DNA of 32,000 nt from Phycisphaera mikurensis NBRC 102666 (GCF_000284115.1 NC_017080.1:360001-392000), one strand, 5' to 3'; counted from the first letter of the stretch, positions 7,333 to 18,701 are shown. Notes: a model not told the origin generated them from the sequence alone. Program-made: numbers and translations.

Positions 7333-9690
7333 ATGAGCGCCGACACCCAGAACACGGACGGATTCGAAACGCAGACCGCGGAGGAGGAGGCGAAGCGCCG
7401 CCGCGAGCAGGTGCTCGCCCTCTTCCGCGGCCGCCTGCACTGGGCCGTCATCCTCGCGCTCGTGCTGGGGTCCGCCGCCGCGGTTGCGGGGTACTTCTCC
7501 AAGAAGCCCAGCTACCAGGCGGAGGGCTCCATCAAGATCCTCGTCGAGGTCGCCACCGGCGTGGGGAACGTCGACGCCCCGCCGATGTTCAAGTCGTACG
7601 TGAAGGAGCAGGCCTCGCTGATCGACTCGTACGACGTCGCCGAGCGCGTGCTCCAGAGCGACGCCTGGAAGGCCGCGAGCCAGCAGACGGGCGCAGAGGC
7701 GATCTCCGCCGGCGAGTTCCTCAGCCTGCTGAGCGCGTCCGCGGGCGGTTCCAGCGAGTACACGATCGTGGTGACCTTCACCCACCCCAACAGCTTCATG
7801 GCGGCGACCGGCCTCAACGAGGCGTTGCGGGCGTACCGCGAGCTCTACCGCCGCGACGTCGCCGTGCGCTACGACGGCCAGCAGCGTGAGATCCGCAACG
7901 AGCTGCTCGGCGTCGACACGGAGCTCAAGAACCTGCGCGACAAGATCCAGGCGAACCTCGAGGTTGAGGAGCCCACGTTCCGCAACCGGCTGATCGCGCA
8001 GAACGACAAGCTCGTGAACCTCGACCAGGCCCTGCGGGCGATCCGCGCCGAGATGAACTTCGGCGGCGCGGTGGCGGGCGAAGACCCCACGGTGAACGAG
8101 ATGCAGGACGCCCGCCTCGTGGGTGTCGACGAGCAGATCGCCGCGATCGAGCGGCAGATCGAGACGCTCAACAACAAGGGCTTCGACAGCGGCCACCGCA
8201 GCGTGCGCGACCTCGAGGCCTCCATCGCCACCCTCCGCGGGGGCCGCAACGAGATCCTCCAGCGCATCCGCGAGGGGGACACGAACATGATCGGGACCGA
8301 GATGGCCGGCATGCAGCGGATGGCCGCCACCATCGAGCGGGAGATGGAGCAGACCAGCGCCCTGGTGACCGCGATGGACGCCAAGCTCGCCGCCACCGCT
8401 CCCTTCCGGGCCGACGTCGAGAAGCTGCAGCGGATCCAGAGCGACCTGGAGATCAAGGAGCGCGAGACGCGGCTGAAGGGAGCGGCCGAGAACAGCCGGA
8501 TCGTGGCCAACTTCGGCGTGGAGCCCACGCAGCCCTCCAACGCCGGGGCGCGCCTCCAGCTGGCGGTGCTGGGCTTCATGGGCGGGGCGGGCATGGGCCT
8601 GGCCCTCATCGTGCTCGTCGGCTTGCTCGACTCGCGCCTCCGCCACTCCGCCGACGTCAAGAACGGCCTCTACAAGACGCGCATGCTCGGCGTCCTGCCC
8701 AGCCTGCCCGACAGCCTGACCGACCCCGAGCAGGCGGAGCGGGCGGCTCACGCGGTCAACCACATCCGCACGCTGCTGCAGATCAACGGCCCCAGCGACC
8801 GGGTCTTCTCGATCACCGGCCCCGCGGCCGGCTCGGGCAAGAGCTCGCTGACCGTGGCCATGGGCCTCTCCTTCGCGGCCTCGGGCAACCGGGTGCTGCT
8901 CATCGACGGCGACATCGTCGGCGCCGGGCTCACCCGCCGCCTGGGCGCGGTGGTCGCCAAGCCCTTCGCCGAGGCCGTCCGCGAGTCGGGCCGCGTGTCC
9001 GCCGCCGACCTCGACGAGGCCGAGGCGATGGCGATGCACAAGAACGTCTCGCTCGCCGACGCCCTGGTCGAGACCGGCCGCCTGAGCCGCGAGGAGGCCG
9101 CGAGCATCGCCGGCCGCGCCGAGGACTCCGCCGTGGGCGTCGTCGACGTCTGCGAGGGTCTCCGCCTCGAGGACTGCGTGGCTCCCTCGGGCATCCCGCG
9201 TCTGCACGTCCTTCCCGTCGGCAACGCCCGGCCCGAGGACGCCGGCCTGCTCAGCCCCAAGACGCTGCGGAAGCTGCTCTCGGCGGCCCGGGAGCAGTAC
9301 GACATCGCGCTCATCGACACCGGCCCGGTGCTCGGCTCGCTGGAGGCCTCCATGGCCGCCGCCGAGGCCGACGCGACCGTGCTCATCGTCAGCCGTGGCG
9401 ACTCCCGGAAGATCGCCGAGCGTTCCCTCGCCCACCTCCGCGAGGTCGGCGCCAGCGTCCGCGGCGTTGTGTTCAACCACGCCCTCGACGACGACCTGGC
9501 CGACTCGTCCTATGGCTCGATGGTCGCCCAGGACCGCCGCGGCGGATCGGTGCAGGTCGACCCGGCCGTCGCCGCCCGCTTCGGCCCGCTCGGCTCGGCC
9601 GTGGCGAGCTTCGGCCCGGCGGCGGCGATGACCGGCGAAGCCGGCGGGGCCGGCGAGGCCGGCCCGGCTCCGCTCCGCGGGGTCGCCTGA
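7333..9690 (+). CDS. Polysaccharide co-polymerase (Wzz domain) fused to a BY-kinase-type P-loop ATPase (Wzc/GumC-like)
   Basis: The ATG at 7333 gives MSADTQN. TM1 is AVILALVLGSAAAVAGYF, followed by a long coiled-coil periplasmic region and TM2 LAVLGFMGGAGMGLALIVLVGLL. Then come Walker A GPAAGSGKSS, Walker A' LLIDGD and Walker B IALIDTGP. Confidence 0.88.
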   Translation: MSADTQNTDGFETQTAEEEAKRRREQVLALFRGRLHWAVILALVLGSAAAVAGYFSKKPSYQAEGSIKILVEVATGVGNVDAPPMFKSYVKEQASLIDSYDVAERVLQSDAWKAASQQTGAEAISAGEFLSLLSASAGGSSEYTIVVTFTHPNSFMAATGLNEALRAYRELYRRDVAVRYDGQQREIRNELLGVDTELKNLRDKIQANLEVEEPTFRNRLIAQNDKLVNLDQALRAIRAEMNFGGAVAGEDPTVNEMQDARLVGVDEQIAAIERQIETLNNKGFDSGHRSVRDLEASIATLRGGRNEILQRIREGDTNMIGTEMAGMQRMAATIEREMEQTSALVTAMDAKLAATAPFRADVEKLQRIQSDLEIKERETRLKGAAENSRIVANFGVEPTQPSNAGARLQLAVLGFMGGAGMGLALIVLVGLLDSRLRHSADVKNGLYKTRMLGVLPSLPDSLTDPEQAERAAHAVNHIRTLLQINGPSDRVFSITGPAAGSGKSSLTVAMGLSFAASGNRVLLIDGDIVGAGLTRRLGAVVAKPFAEAVRESGRVSAADLDEAEAMAMHKNVSLADALVETGRLSREEAASIAGRAEDSAVGVVDVCEGLRLEDCVAPSGIPRLHVLPVGNARPEDAGLLSPKTLRKLLSAAREQYDIALIDTGPVLGSLEASMAAAEADATVLIVSRGDSRKIAERSLAHLREVGASVRGVVFNHALDDDLADSSYGSMVAQDRRGGSVQVDPAVAARFGPLGSAVASFGPAAAMTGEAGGAGEAGPAPLRGVA

Positions 9691-9705
9691 GGTGGCGGCG
9701 GGCCT

Positions 9706-9725
9706 CCGCGGCGGCGCCGCCGCGG
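9706..9725. other. 20-nt perfect GC palindrome just after the wzc-like stop codon
   Basis: ccgcggcggc|gccgccgcgg is self-complementary. It has no T-tract, so a terminator or attenuator role is uncertain. Confidence 0.25.
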
Positions 9726-9864
9726 GAAGCACGCGACGCGTCCGGCGACCGCCGGCTCGGGGCGTCCGGTGGGGCGGCGGTGGCGAGACCCCCACCCCCG
9801 GGTGTGGCCCGGCCGACGAGCTCCGGAGGGGCGTGGCAGGACCGGGTCGGGACTTCGAGCAGCC

Positions 9865-11466
9865 ATGATCTCCAGAGCGACGCCCGAGCCGACGGATCCG
9901 GTCCGCTCCCACACGGTGTGGGGGCTGGACGCCCTGCAGCTGCACGATCGCTTCTGGGCGGCCCGCGGGGTGCAGGTCGTCCGGCAGGGCCAGCCGATCG
10001 AGCTCGTGGGCGGGGCCGAGCTCTACATGCTGGTCGACCCGCACTGCCTGTCGATCTTCCGCATGGGCGAGATCGTCGACTCCTTCGCCTGGCTGCGGCC
10101 CGAGCTGCTGCTGGTGCGCCTGCACAACACCCGCGAGAAGGGGTACCGCGAGCGGGTCGTGACCGATGAGCACGACCGCTTCCGCAGCTTCGAGCGGCAC
10201 TACGGCACCGGCGACTGGCGGCTGCGGCGCGTGGCGTTCACGCCCTCGCGGAAGATCGCGGTGCGCTGGCAGCAGGACGCCGAGGGCAACCCGTGGAAGC
10301 GGCTGCGGAAGGGCGTCCCGCTGGACAAGCGGAGCGCGGTCTCGGTGGAGGGGAGCGTCTACGACAGCGACAACCACGCCGAGCTCAACGACTTCCTCCG
10401 CGAGCTGGTGAGCCGGTGGAAGCGGCCGGACACCACGATCGCGCGAGCCGTGGCCCGCGGCGGGGCCAAGCGGCGCGACGCCGCCCACGCCTCGGGCGCC
10501 TGGGTGGACGCCGCCGACGCCTCCGACCCCGACGGCTGGGCGGGGCTCCCGCTGGGCGGCGGGCTGGGCAAGGGCCGGCAGCGCCCGCGCGGCGACGGGC
10601 CCCGCTTCATCGGGCCGGTGTGGGTGGGCGCCGGCCGCGATCTCTCCGGGGTCGAGTCGGTCGTCGGCCCGGCGGTGCTCTGGGACGCGCCCGAGCGTCG
10701 CCCCCGCGTGGAGAAGCTCGAGTGGAACGCGATCGAGCCCACGAAGGTGCTGACCCGCCCGGCCCGCGTGAAGACGCTCACGTCGCTGCAGCGCGGCACG
10801 AAGCGCGTCTTCGACGTCGCGATGTCGCTTGCGCTGGGCCTGCCCAGCCTCGCGCTCTTCCCCTTCATCGCCACGGCGATCTACATCGAGGACGGCCGCC
10901 CCTTCCTCTTCGGCCACGTCCGCGAGTCACGCAACGGACGCGAGTTCCGCTGCTGGAAGTTCCGGACGATGTACAACAACGCCGAGCACATGAAGGCCAG
11001 CCTGGTCCAGAAGAACCAGGCGGACGGCCCGCAGTTCTTCATCGAGAACGACCCCCGGATCACCCGGGTCGGCCGGGTGCTGCGGAAGCTGAACCTCGAC
11101 GAGCTGCCCCAGCTCTGGAACGTCTTCCGCGGCGAGATGTCGGTGGTGGGGCCGCGGCCGAGCCCATTCAAGGAGAACCAGTTCTGCCCGCCGTGGCGCG
11201 AGGCTCGTCTCTCGGTCCGTCCCGGCATCACGGGGCTCTGGCAGGTCAACCGCTCGCGGGAGGACGGCAAGGACTTCCAGGAGTGGATCGAGTACGACAT
11301 CGAGTACGTCGAGAACGTGAGCTGGAGGCTGGACCTCTGGATCCTCGCGAAGCAGGCGATGAACATCGTCGGGCTCTCGGGGGCCCCCGCCGCGGCGGAG
11401 GGCAAGCCGGCGCCCGCGACGCCAGTCGCCGCGCCGGCTCCGCGCGAAGCCGCGGGTCGCGGCTGA
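9865..11466 (+). CDS. Polyprenyl-phosphate sugar phosphotransferase (bacterial sugar transferase family) with a long N-terminal extension
   Basis: The C-terminal third contains FDVAMSLALGLPSLALFPFIATAIYIEDGRPFLF, KFRTM, DPRITRVGRVLRKLNLDELPQLWNVFRGEMSVVGPRP and GITGLWQV, the canonical PF02397-type motifs. The ATG at 9865 (MISRATP) was chosen as the start. Confidence 0.9.
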   Translation: MISRATPEPTDPVRSHTVWGLDALQLHDRFWAARGVQVVRQGQPIELVGGAELYMLVDPHCLSIFRMGEIVDSFAWLRPELLLVRLHNTREKGYRERVVTDEHDRFRSFERHYGTGDWRLRRVAFTPSRKIAVRWQQDAEGNPWKRLRKGVPLDKRSAVSVEGSVYDSDNHAELNDFLRELVSRWKRPDTTIARAVARGGAKRRDAAHASGAWVDAADASDPDGWAGLPLGGGLGKGRQRPRGDGPRFIGPVWVGAGRDLSGVESVVGPAVLWDAPERRPRVEKLEWNAIEPTKVLTRPARVKTLTSLQRGTKRVFDVAMSLALGLPSLALFPFIATAIYIEDGRPFLFGHVRESRNGREFRCWKFRTMYNNAEHMKASLVQKNQADGPQFFIENDPRITRVGRVLRKLNLDELPQLWNVFRGEMSVVGPRPSPFKENQFCPPWREARLSVRPGITGLWQVNRSREDGKDFQEWIEYDIEYVENVSWRLDLWILAKQAMNIVGLSGAPAAAEGKPAPATPVAAPAPREAAGRG

Positions 11467-11502
11467 TGCCGGTCCGCGGCGGTCGCTCTCTAGTCTCCGG
11501 GC

Positions 11503-11703
11503 ATGGCTGAACTCCTCGCCTCCGGTGCCCCCGCGGCCCGCGCCGCGCCGGCGCGGCCGGAGGTCGTGGCGGGCATCGGCAGGCGCTTGACGCCCGCGAA
11601 CCCGCGGGGCATCGCGGTGGACTCGGTCTTCCTGGTTCGATCGCCGGCGGGCGGGCTCCGGCCGACGCCCGCTGGAGCGTCCACGGGGGCGGTGCCCGCG
11701 TGA
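11503..11703 (+). CDS. Small hypothetical protein (66 aa)
   Basis: About 90% of codons end in G/C. Its TGA stop overlaps the GTG start of the next gene (GTGA at 11700-11703). I recognised no motif. Confidence 0.35.
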   Translation: MAELLASGAPAARAAPARPEVVAGIGRRLTPANPRGIAVDSVFLVRSPAGGLRPTPAGASTGAVPA

Positions 11704-12203
11704 GCGCAGCGGCCCGCCCGAGCCCGGATGCCGTGCCCGTGCACGGCACGCTGCGGCGCGTGCTGGTGACGGCGATGATCCCGCTGGCGGTCGGCGCGGT
11801 CTGCTTCGCCGCGGTCTCGTTCTGGGTCGTGAGCGCGGTGAAGTCGCACCCCGCGTACGCCGCTGCGCTCGCCGCGGTGCGGGCCGAGCCGGCGGTGATC
11901 GCGGCGCTGGGGACGCCGCTGGAAGCCGGCTTCTGGGCGCAGGGCGGCGGAGACGAAGCGGCCGGCCGCTTCGAGGCGATGTTCAGCGTGAGCGGCCCCC
12001 GCGGCGACGCCGGGGTCCGCTTGCTCGCGCGAGCCGACGGCCCGGCGTGGGAGCTGGTCTTCCTCGACGTCGGCGCGAACCTGCCCGGCGGGCGCCAGAA
12101 GGTCTTCGTCCTCCGCAACGACGAGCTGCCCGTCCGCTTCGGGGTGCAGCGCGACGCGCTGGCCGCGCCGGCGGACGCTCCCGCCGACGACCCGCCGCGG
12201 TGA
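11700..12203 (+). CDS. Membrane-anchored Coa1-like protein (cytochrome oxidase assembly protein 1 family)
   Basis: An N-terminal TM helix is followed by SHPAYAAALAAVRAEPAVIAALGTPLEAGFWAQGGGDEAAGRFEAMFSVSGPRGDAGVRLLARADGPAWELVFLDV. That pattern is typical of bacterial Coa1-domain proteins. Confidence 0.65.
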   Translation: MSAAARPSPDAVPVHGTLRRVLVTAMIPLAVGAVCFAAVSFWVVSAVKSHPAYAAALAAVRAEPAVIAALGTPLEAGFWAQGGGDEAAGRFEAMFSVSGPRGDAGVRLLARADGPAWELVFLDVGANLPGGRQKVFVLRNDELPVRFGVQRDALAAPADAPADDPPR

Positions 12204-12263
12204 AACTTCGGCGGCTCCGCGGGCCGGCGTCCCTGCTCGCGATGGGACCTTGGCGGGCTCGGC

Positions 12264-12313
12264 CGCCGCGGACCGCGGCCCCCGTCGCCGTTTCGCGTCG
12301 GCGGTCCGCGGCG
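12264..12313. other. 13-bp perfect GC-rich inverted repeat in a convergent intergenic region
   Basis: cgccgcggaccgc (12264-12276) is the exact reverse complement of gcggtccgcggcg (12301-12313). The 24-nt loop contains a nested cgccg/cggcg pair. It is a possible terminator-like structure, but no adjacent T-tract is present. Confidence 0.3.
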
Positions 12314-12375
12314 CGGCCCCGTGCGGGTCCGGCTGCCGCCCTGTTCTGTTCTCCGCGGCGTTCGCGCCGCCGGCC

Positions 12376-13230
12376 TCACCCCGCCGCCATCTTCCAGGCC
12401 GCCACCAGCATCAGCACCACGAATGCGGCCCGCACCTTCTCCAGCGGCAGCCGGTGGGTGAGCATCGCCCCCAGCCGCCCGCCGACGAAGGCGGTCGGTG
12501 CCAGCAGCGCCGCCAGGTAGAGCCCCGAGGTCGGCGTGAGGGCCACCCCCCCGAGCCCCACGTGCTGCGGGAGCGTCGCGTTCTTGAGCACGGCGCCGAT
12601 GCCCGCGCTCACGCAGATCGCGCAGCTGCTGTTGGCGATCGCCTGCCGCAGCGGGAGCTTCAGCAGCAGCTGCTGCAGCGGCACCGCCACCGCGCCGCCG
12701 CCGATCCCAAGCAGCCCCGCCGTGCCGCCCATTGCCCCGCCGATCGCCACCGTCCGCCCCGGCCGCACCGGCGGCTCCGCCTCGTCGGCCGCTCGCGTGT
12801 CACCCGCTCCCGCGTGCCGCGCCGCCCGCCGCCCCTTGATGATCTTCCAGGCGTTCGCAACCGCCGCGTAGAGCAGGAACGCCGCGAGGCAGCGGCCGAG
12901 CAGCAGGCCCCCGTCCCGCCCGCGGAACAGCTCCAGGTTGCTGGCCCCGACGCCCGCGAGGACCCCGGCCAGCGCCGCCGGCAGCAGCCACGCCAGCACC
13001 CGCAGCCGCACCGCCCCCGCCCGCCAGTGCCCCCAGGCCGCGGGCGCCGAGACCGCGACGTTGACGATCATCGCCGCCGCCTGGAAGAGGTGCTGCGCCG
13101 GCCCGAGCACCACGGCCAGCCCCGGGATGATGACCGTGGACCCGCCGATGCCGAGCATCCCGCCGGTGAGGCCGGCGGCGAGGCCCAGCAGGGCGATCAG
13201 GAGGAGGTCGAGGCTGGCGAGGTCGGGCAT
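12376..13230 (-). CDS. TauE/SafE (DUF81) family anion permease
   Basis: MPDLASLDLLLIALLGLAAGLTGGMLGIGGSTVIIPGL... is followed by a second GGTAGLLGIGGGAVAVPL repeat, the typical internally duplicated TauE signature. Only the last 284 codons of the 1392-aa track ORF are used. Confidence 0.85.
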   Translation of the reverse strand: MPDLASLDLLLIALLGLAAGLTGGMLGIGGSTVIIPGLAVVLGPAQHLFQAAAMIVNVAVSAPAAWGHWRAGAVRLRVLAWLLPAALAGVLAGVGASNLELFRGRDGGLLLGRCLAAFLLYAAVANAWKIIKGRRAARHAGAGDTRAADEAEPPVRPGRTVAIGGAMGGTAGLLGIGGGAVAVPLQQLLLKLPLRQAIANSSCAICVSAGIGAVLKNATLPQHVGLGGVALTPTSGLYLAALLAPTAFVGGRLGAMLTHRLPLEKVRAAFVVLMLVAAWKMAAG

Positions 13231-13434
13231 GGGCCCGCAGCATGCCGAACCCGAGAACCCCGCGAAGGTGTCAGGTACATTCGCGTAGCGCGCGTCCGTC
13301 ACGACACCGGGCGCAACGCGCGAGGTGCCGGTCCGGGCGGCGGCTCGGTCGCGGGGGCCGGGTTCGTCGATGAGGCGGCGGGGCCGGTCTAACCTCCCAC
13401 CGCCAAGCACCTCCAACACCGCCTGGACGCTCCC

Positions 13435-16506
<3,072 letters not shown>

Positions 16507-16543
16507 ATCCTCCGGCGCCGTCGGCCGGACCCGCACGAAAGCC

Positions 16544-16589
16544 GGGGTCAGCACCCTTCCTGAGCCTTGGCAGAAAGGGGCTGATCCCC
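16544..16589. other. Long imperfect hairpin between the convergent sucA and PEP-CTERM genes
   Basis: ggggtcagcaccctt (16544-16558) pairs with aaggggctgatcccc (16575-16589), about 14 bp with two single-base bulges. It has no clear U-tract on either strand. Confidence 0.3.
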
Positions 16590-16741
16590 TGCCCTCGCGA
16601 CCCCCTGCCCGCGCCGGTTCGCAAACCGCGACGGGGGTGCAGCCCCCGGCCGTCTCGTGGCCCGGCCGCGTCGCGGCGCGACCCGATCGAGGATTCGCGG
16701 ATCGCGGCCCGGAGCGCGGCGATCCGCCGACCGTCCGCGGG

Positions 16742-17614
16742 TCAGGCCGCCCGGCGGCGGCGGAGCAGGCTTCCGGCCATCAGCGCGAGCCCGACGGGCA
16801 GCGCCGCGGGCGAGGGGATCGGCACCGGGCCGCCGCCGCCCTCGCCGGAACGGGCGAGGGAGGAGTCGCGGAGAATCAAGCCGAAGCCAGAAACCTCCCC
16901 GGGTCGCGAGTCGAGGCTCGCGAAGCTGGAGAACCTCACGCCGAAGGTGTAGACGCCCGCGGCGAGCACGCCGCGGTTGGGAACCACGTTGCTCCCGGTG
17001 ACGGGTCCATTGCGGTCGATCAAGCCGTCGCCGTTGAAGTCGTACTCGGCCCCAAGAAGGAAAAGTTCGCTACTCACGTCGAACGCTTGGAACGGCACGA
17101 CCTCGGACCCGGATGCGTCGTTGAAGGTGAACTCGGGGAAGTTGCTCGCGGTGCCCGTCAACTCGAAGGCCGTTTGTTCCTTCAGCTCGAACACGACCTC
17201 GAACACGTTTCTGGCGTCCGCATCCAGAGTGGCGACGCTCAGAGGGTTTGCGATATCGTTGTCGCCGCTGACCTCCAGCACCACCGCGCCGTCGCGTTCG
17301 GTGAACGACGAGGTCTGCGTCGCACGCGCGAAGAGGTCGAAGTTCCCGAAGCCTTCCGGGAAATCCGACGGGGCGTTCTGCACGGACGCCGTCGCCGCGA
17401 AGAGACCGAAGCCTCCTGCGCTGTCCCGCTGGGTCCGCCGCAGAGCCTCGGGGTTCGGGAGCGGCGCTCCGGAGGGACCCGTCGCGTCGCCAGCACCCAC
17501 GGTGGCGAACACCGAGCGCTCCTGGCTGAGCAGCGTCACGGTCCCCGCCGACGCCGCGGCGGCGGGCAGGCAGCCCAGGAGGGCGAGGCAGAAGAGGGGC
17601 CTGGAAGCGGTCAT
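16742..17614 (-). CDS. PEP-CTERM sorting-domain secreted protein
   Basis: The ATG at 17614 is preceded by ggagaa. The signal peptide is MTASRPLFCLALLGCLPAAAASA. The C-terminus PVPIPSPAALPVGLALMAGSLLRRRRAA is a PEP-like motif followed by a TM helix and an Arg cluster. Confidence 0.85.
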   Translation of the reverse strand: MTASRPLFCLALLGCLPAAAASAGTVTLLSQERSVFATVGAGDATGPSGAPLPNPEALRRTQRDSAGGFGLFAATASVQNAPSDFPEGFGNFDLFARATQTSSFTERDGAVVLEVSGDNDIANPLSVATLDADARNVFEVVFELKEQTAFELTGTASNFPEFTFNDASGSEVVPFQAFDVSSELFLLGAEYDFNGDGLIDRNGPVTGSNVVPNRGVLAAGVYTFGVRFSSFASLDSRPGEVSGFGLILRDSSLARSGEGGGGPVPIPSPAALPVGLALMAGSLLRRRRAA

Positions 17615-17918
17615 GGGTTCTCCTCTGGAGGGTCGGGATCGGGTTGCGGACGCGCAGATTCCGTCCGGCACCACCGTATCTCACCCGCCTCCGCGTGCCA
17701 CCGGTCCCGCCGCACACACGGCACAATCGGGCGAACCCCCCGCGGACCGTGGGGAAGAACCTCGCCATCCGCCCGCGGCCCGCGACCCCGCGACCGCGAG
17801 AAGCGACCCACGCCGCCGCCGGACGGCGGGATCTCGACTCGCAGAACGCCGAAACCGCCCGGGTCCGCACCCTCTGAAGCTCCGGCCGGAGCGGGTCGGA
17901 CCCCCTCCCTCGCCGGGG

Positions 17919-18701
17919 TTACCCGCCGTGGAGGAAGGCGGGGTAGTTGGTCATGGCGCCGTCGACGTAGACGGTCTCGCCGGTGACGTAGGAGGCGGCG
18001 TCGGAGGCGAGGAAGACCACGACGCTGGCGACCTCCTCGGGCGTGCCGATGCGGCCGATGGGCATCTTCTTCTTGAGGTCCGCGTACTTCTCTGGATCGG
18101 ACCAGACGTCCTCGTTGATGTCGGTCTTGATCGCCCCGGGGGCGACGCAGACGGTGCGGACGCCCGAGTCGCCGAGCTCCATCGCGAGGCTCTGGCTGAG
18201 CATCGAGACCGCGGCCTTGGAGGCGCAGTAGGCGGACTGCCCGGCCCAGCAGACGCGGTCGTGGACGCTGGTGATGTTGACGACGACGCCGGAGCCCTGG
18301 CGCTTCATCCGCGGCACGGCCTCGCGGATGCCGTGGAAGGTGCCGTGCAGGTTGATGTTCACGATGCGGGTCCACGCGTCGGGATCGATGTCGGCGGTGT
18401 CGGCCTTCTCGCCGTCGACGCCGGCGTTGTTGACGAGCACGTCGACGCCGCCGAACGCCGCGTCCATCCGCTTGAACATCGCCGCGACGGACTTGCGGTC
18501 GGCGACGTCGGCCTGGACGTAGATGGCTTTCCGACCGAGCTTCTCGATCTCGGCCGCCGTGTGCTTCGCGCCCTTCTCGTCCGCGTGGTAGTTGAAGAGC
18601 ACGTCGGCGCCGGAGCCCGCGCAAGCGATTGCGATCGCCTGCCCGATGCCGGAACTGCCGCCGGTGACCAGGACCCGTCTGCCTTCCAGGGAGATCTGCA
18701 T
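17919..18701 (-). CDS. Short-chain dehydrogenase/reductase (glucose 1-dehydrogenase/FabG-like)
   Basis: The ATG at 18701 gives MQISLEGRRVLVTGGSSGIGQA (TGxxxGIG). It also has VNNAG, the catalytic YCASK motif and PGAIKT. Confidence 0.9.
   Translation of the reverse strand: MQISLEGRRVLVTGGSSGIGQAIAIACAGSGADVLFNYHADEKGAKHTAAEIEKLGRKAIYVQADVADRKSVAAMFKRMDAAFGGVDVLVNNAGVDGEKADTADIDPDAWTRIVNINLHGTFHGIREAVPRMKRQGSGVVVNITSVHDRVCWAGQSAYCASKAAVSMLSQSLAMELGDSGVRTVCVAPGAIKTDINEDVWSDPEKYADLKKKMPIGRIGTPEEVASVVVFLASDAASYVTGETVYVDGAMTNYPAFLHGG

Noticed and set aside
7294-10917. 1207-aa ORF on the minus strand
   Set aside because: It is antisense to two motif-supported plus-strand genes, the Wzc-like gene and the sugar transferase gene. 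Its translation is Arg/Gly/Pro/Ala-rich with no motifs. This is a typical high-GC shadow ORF.
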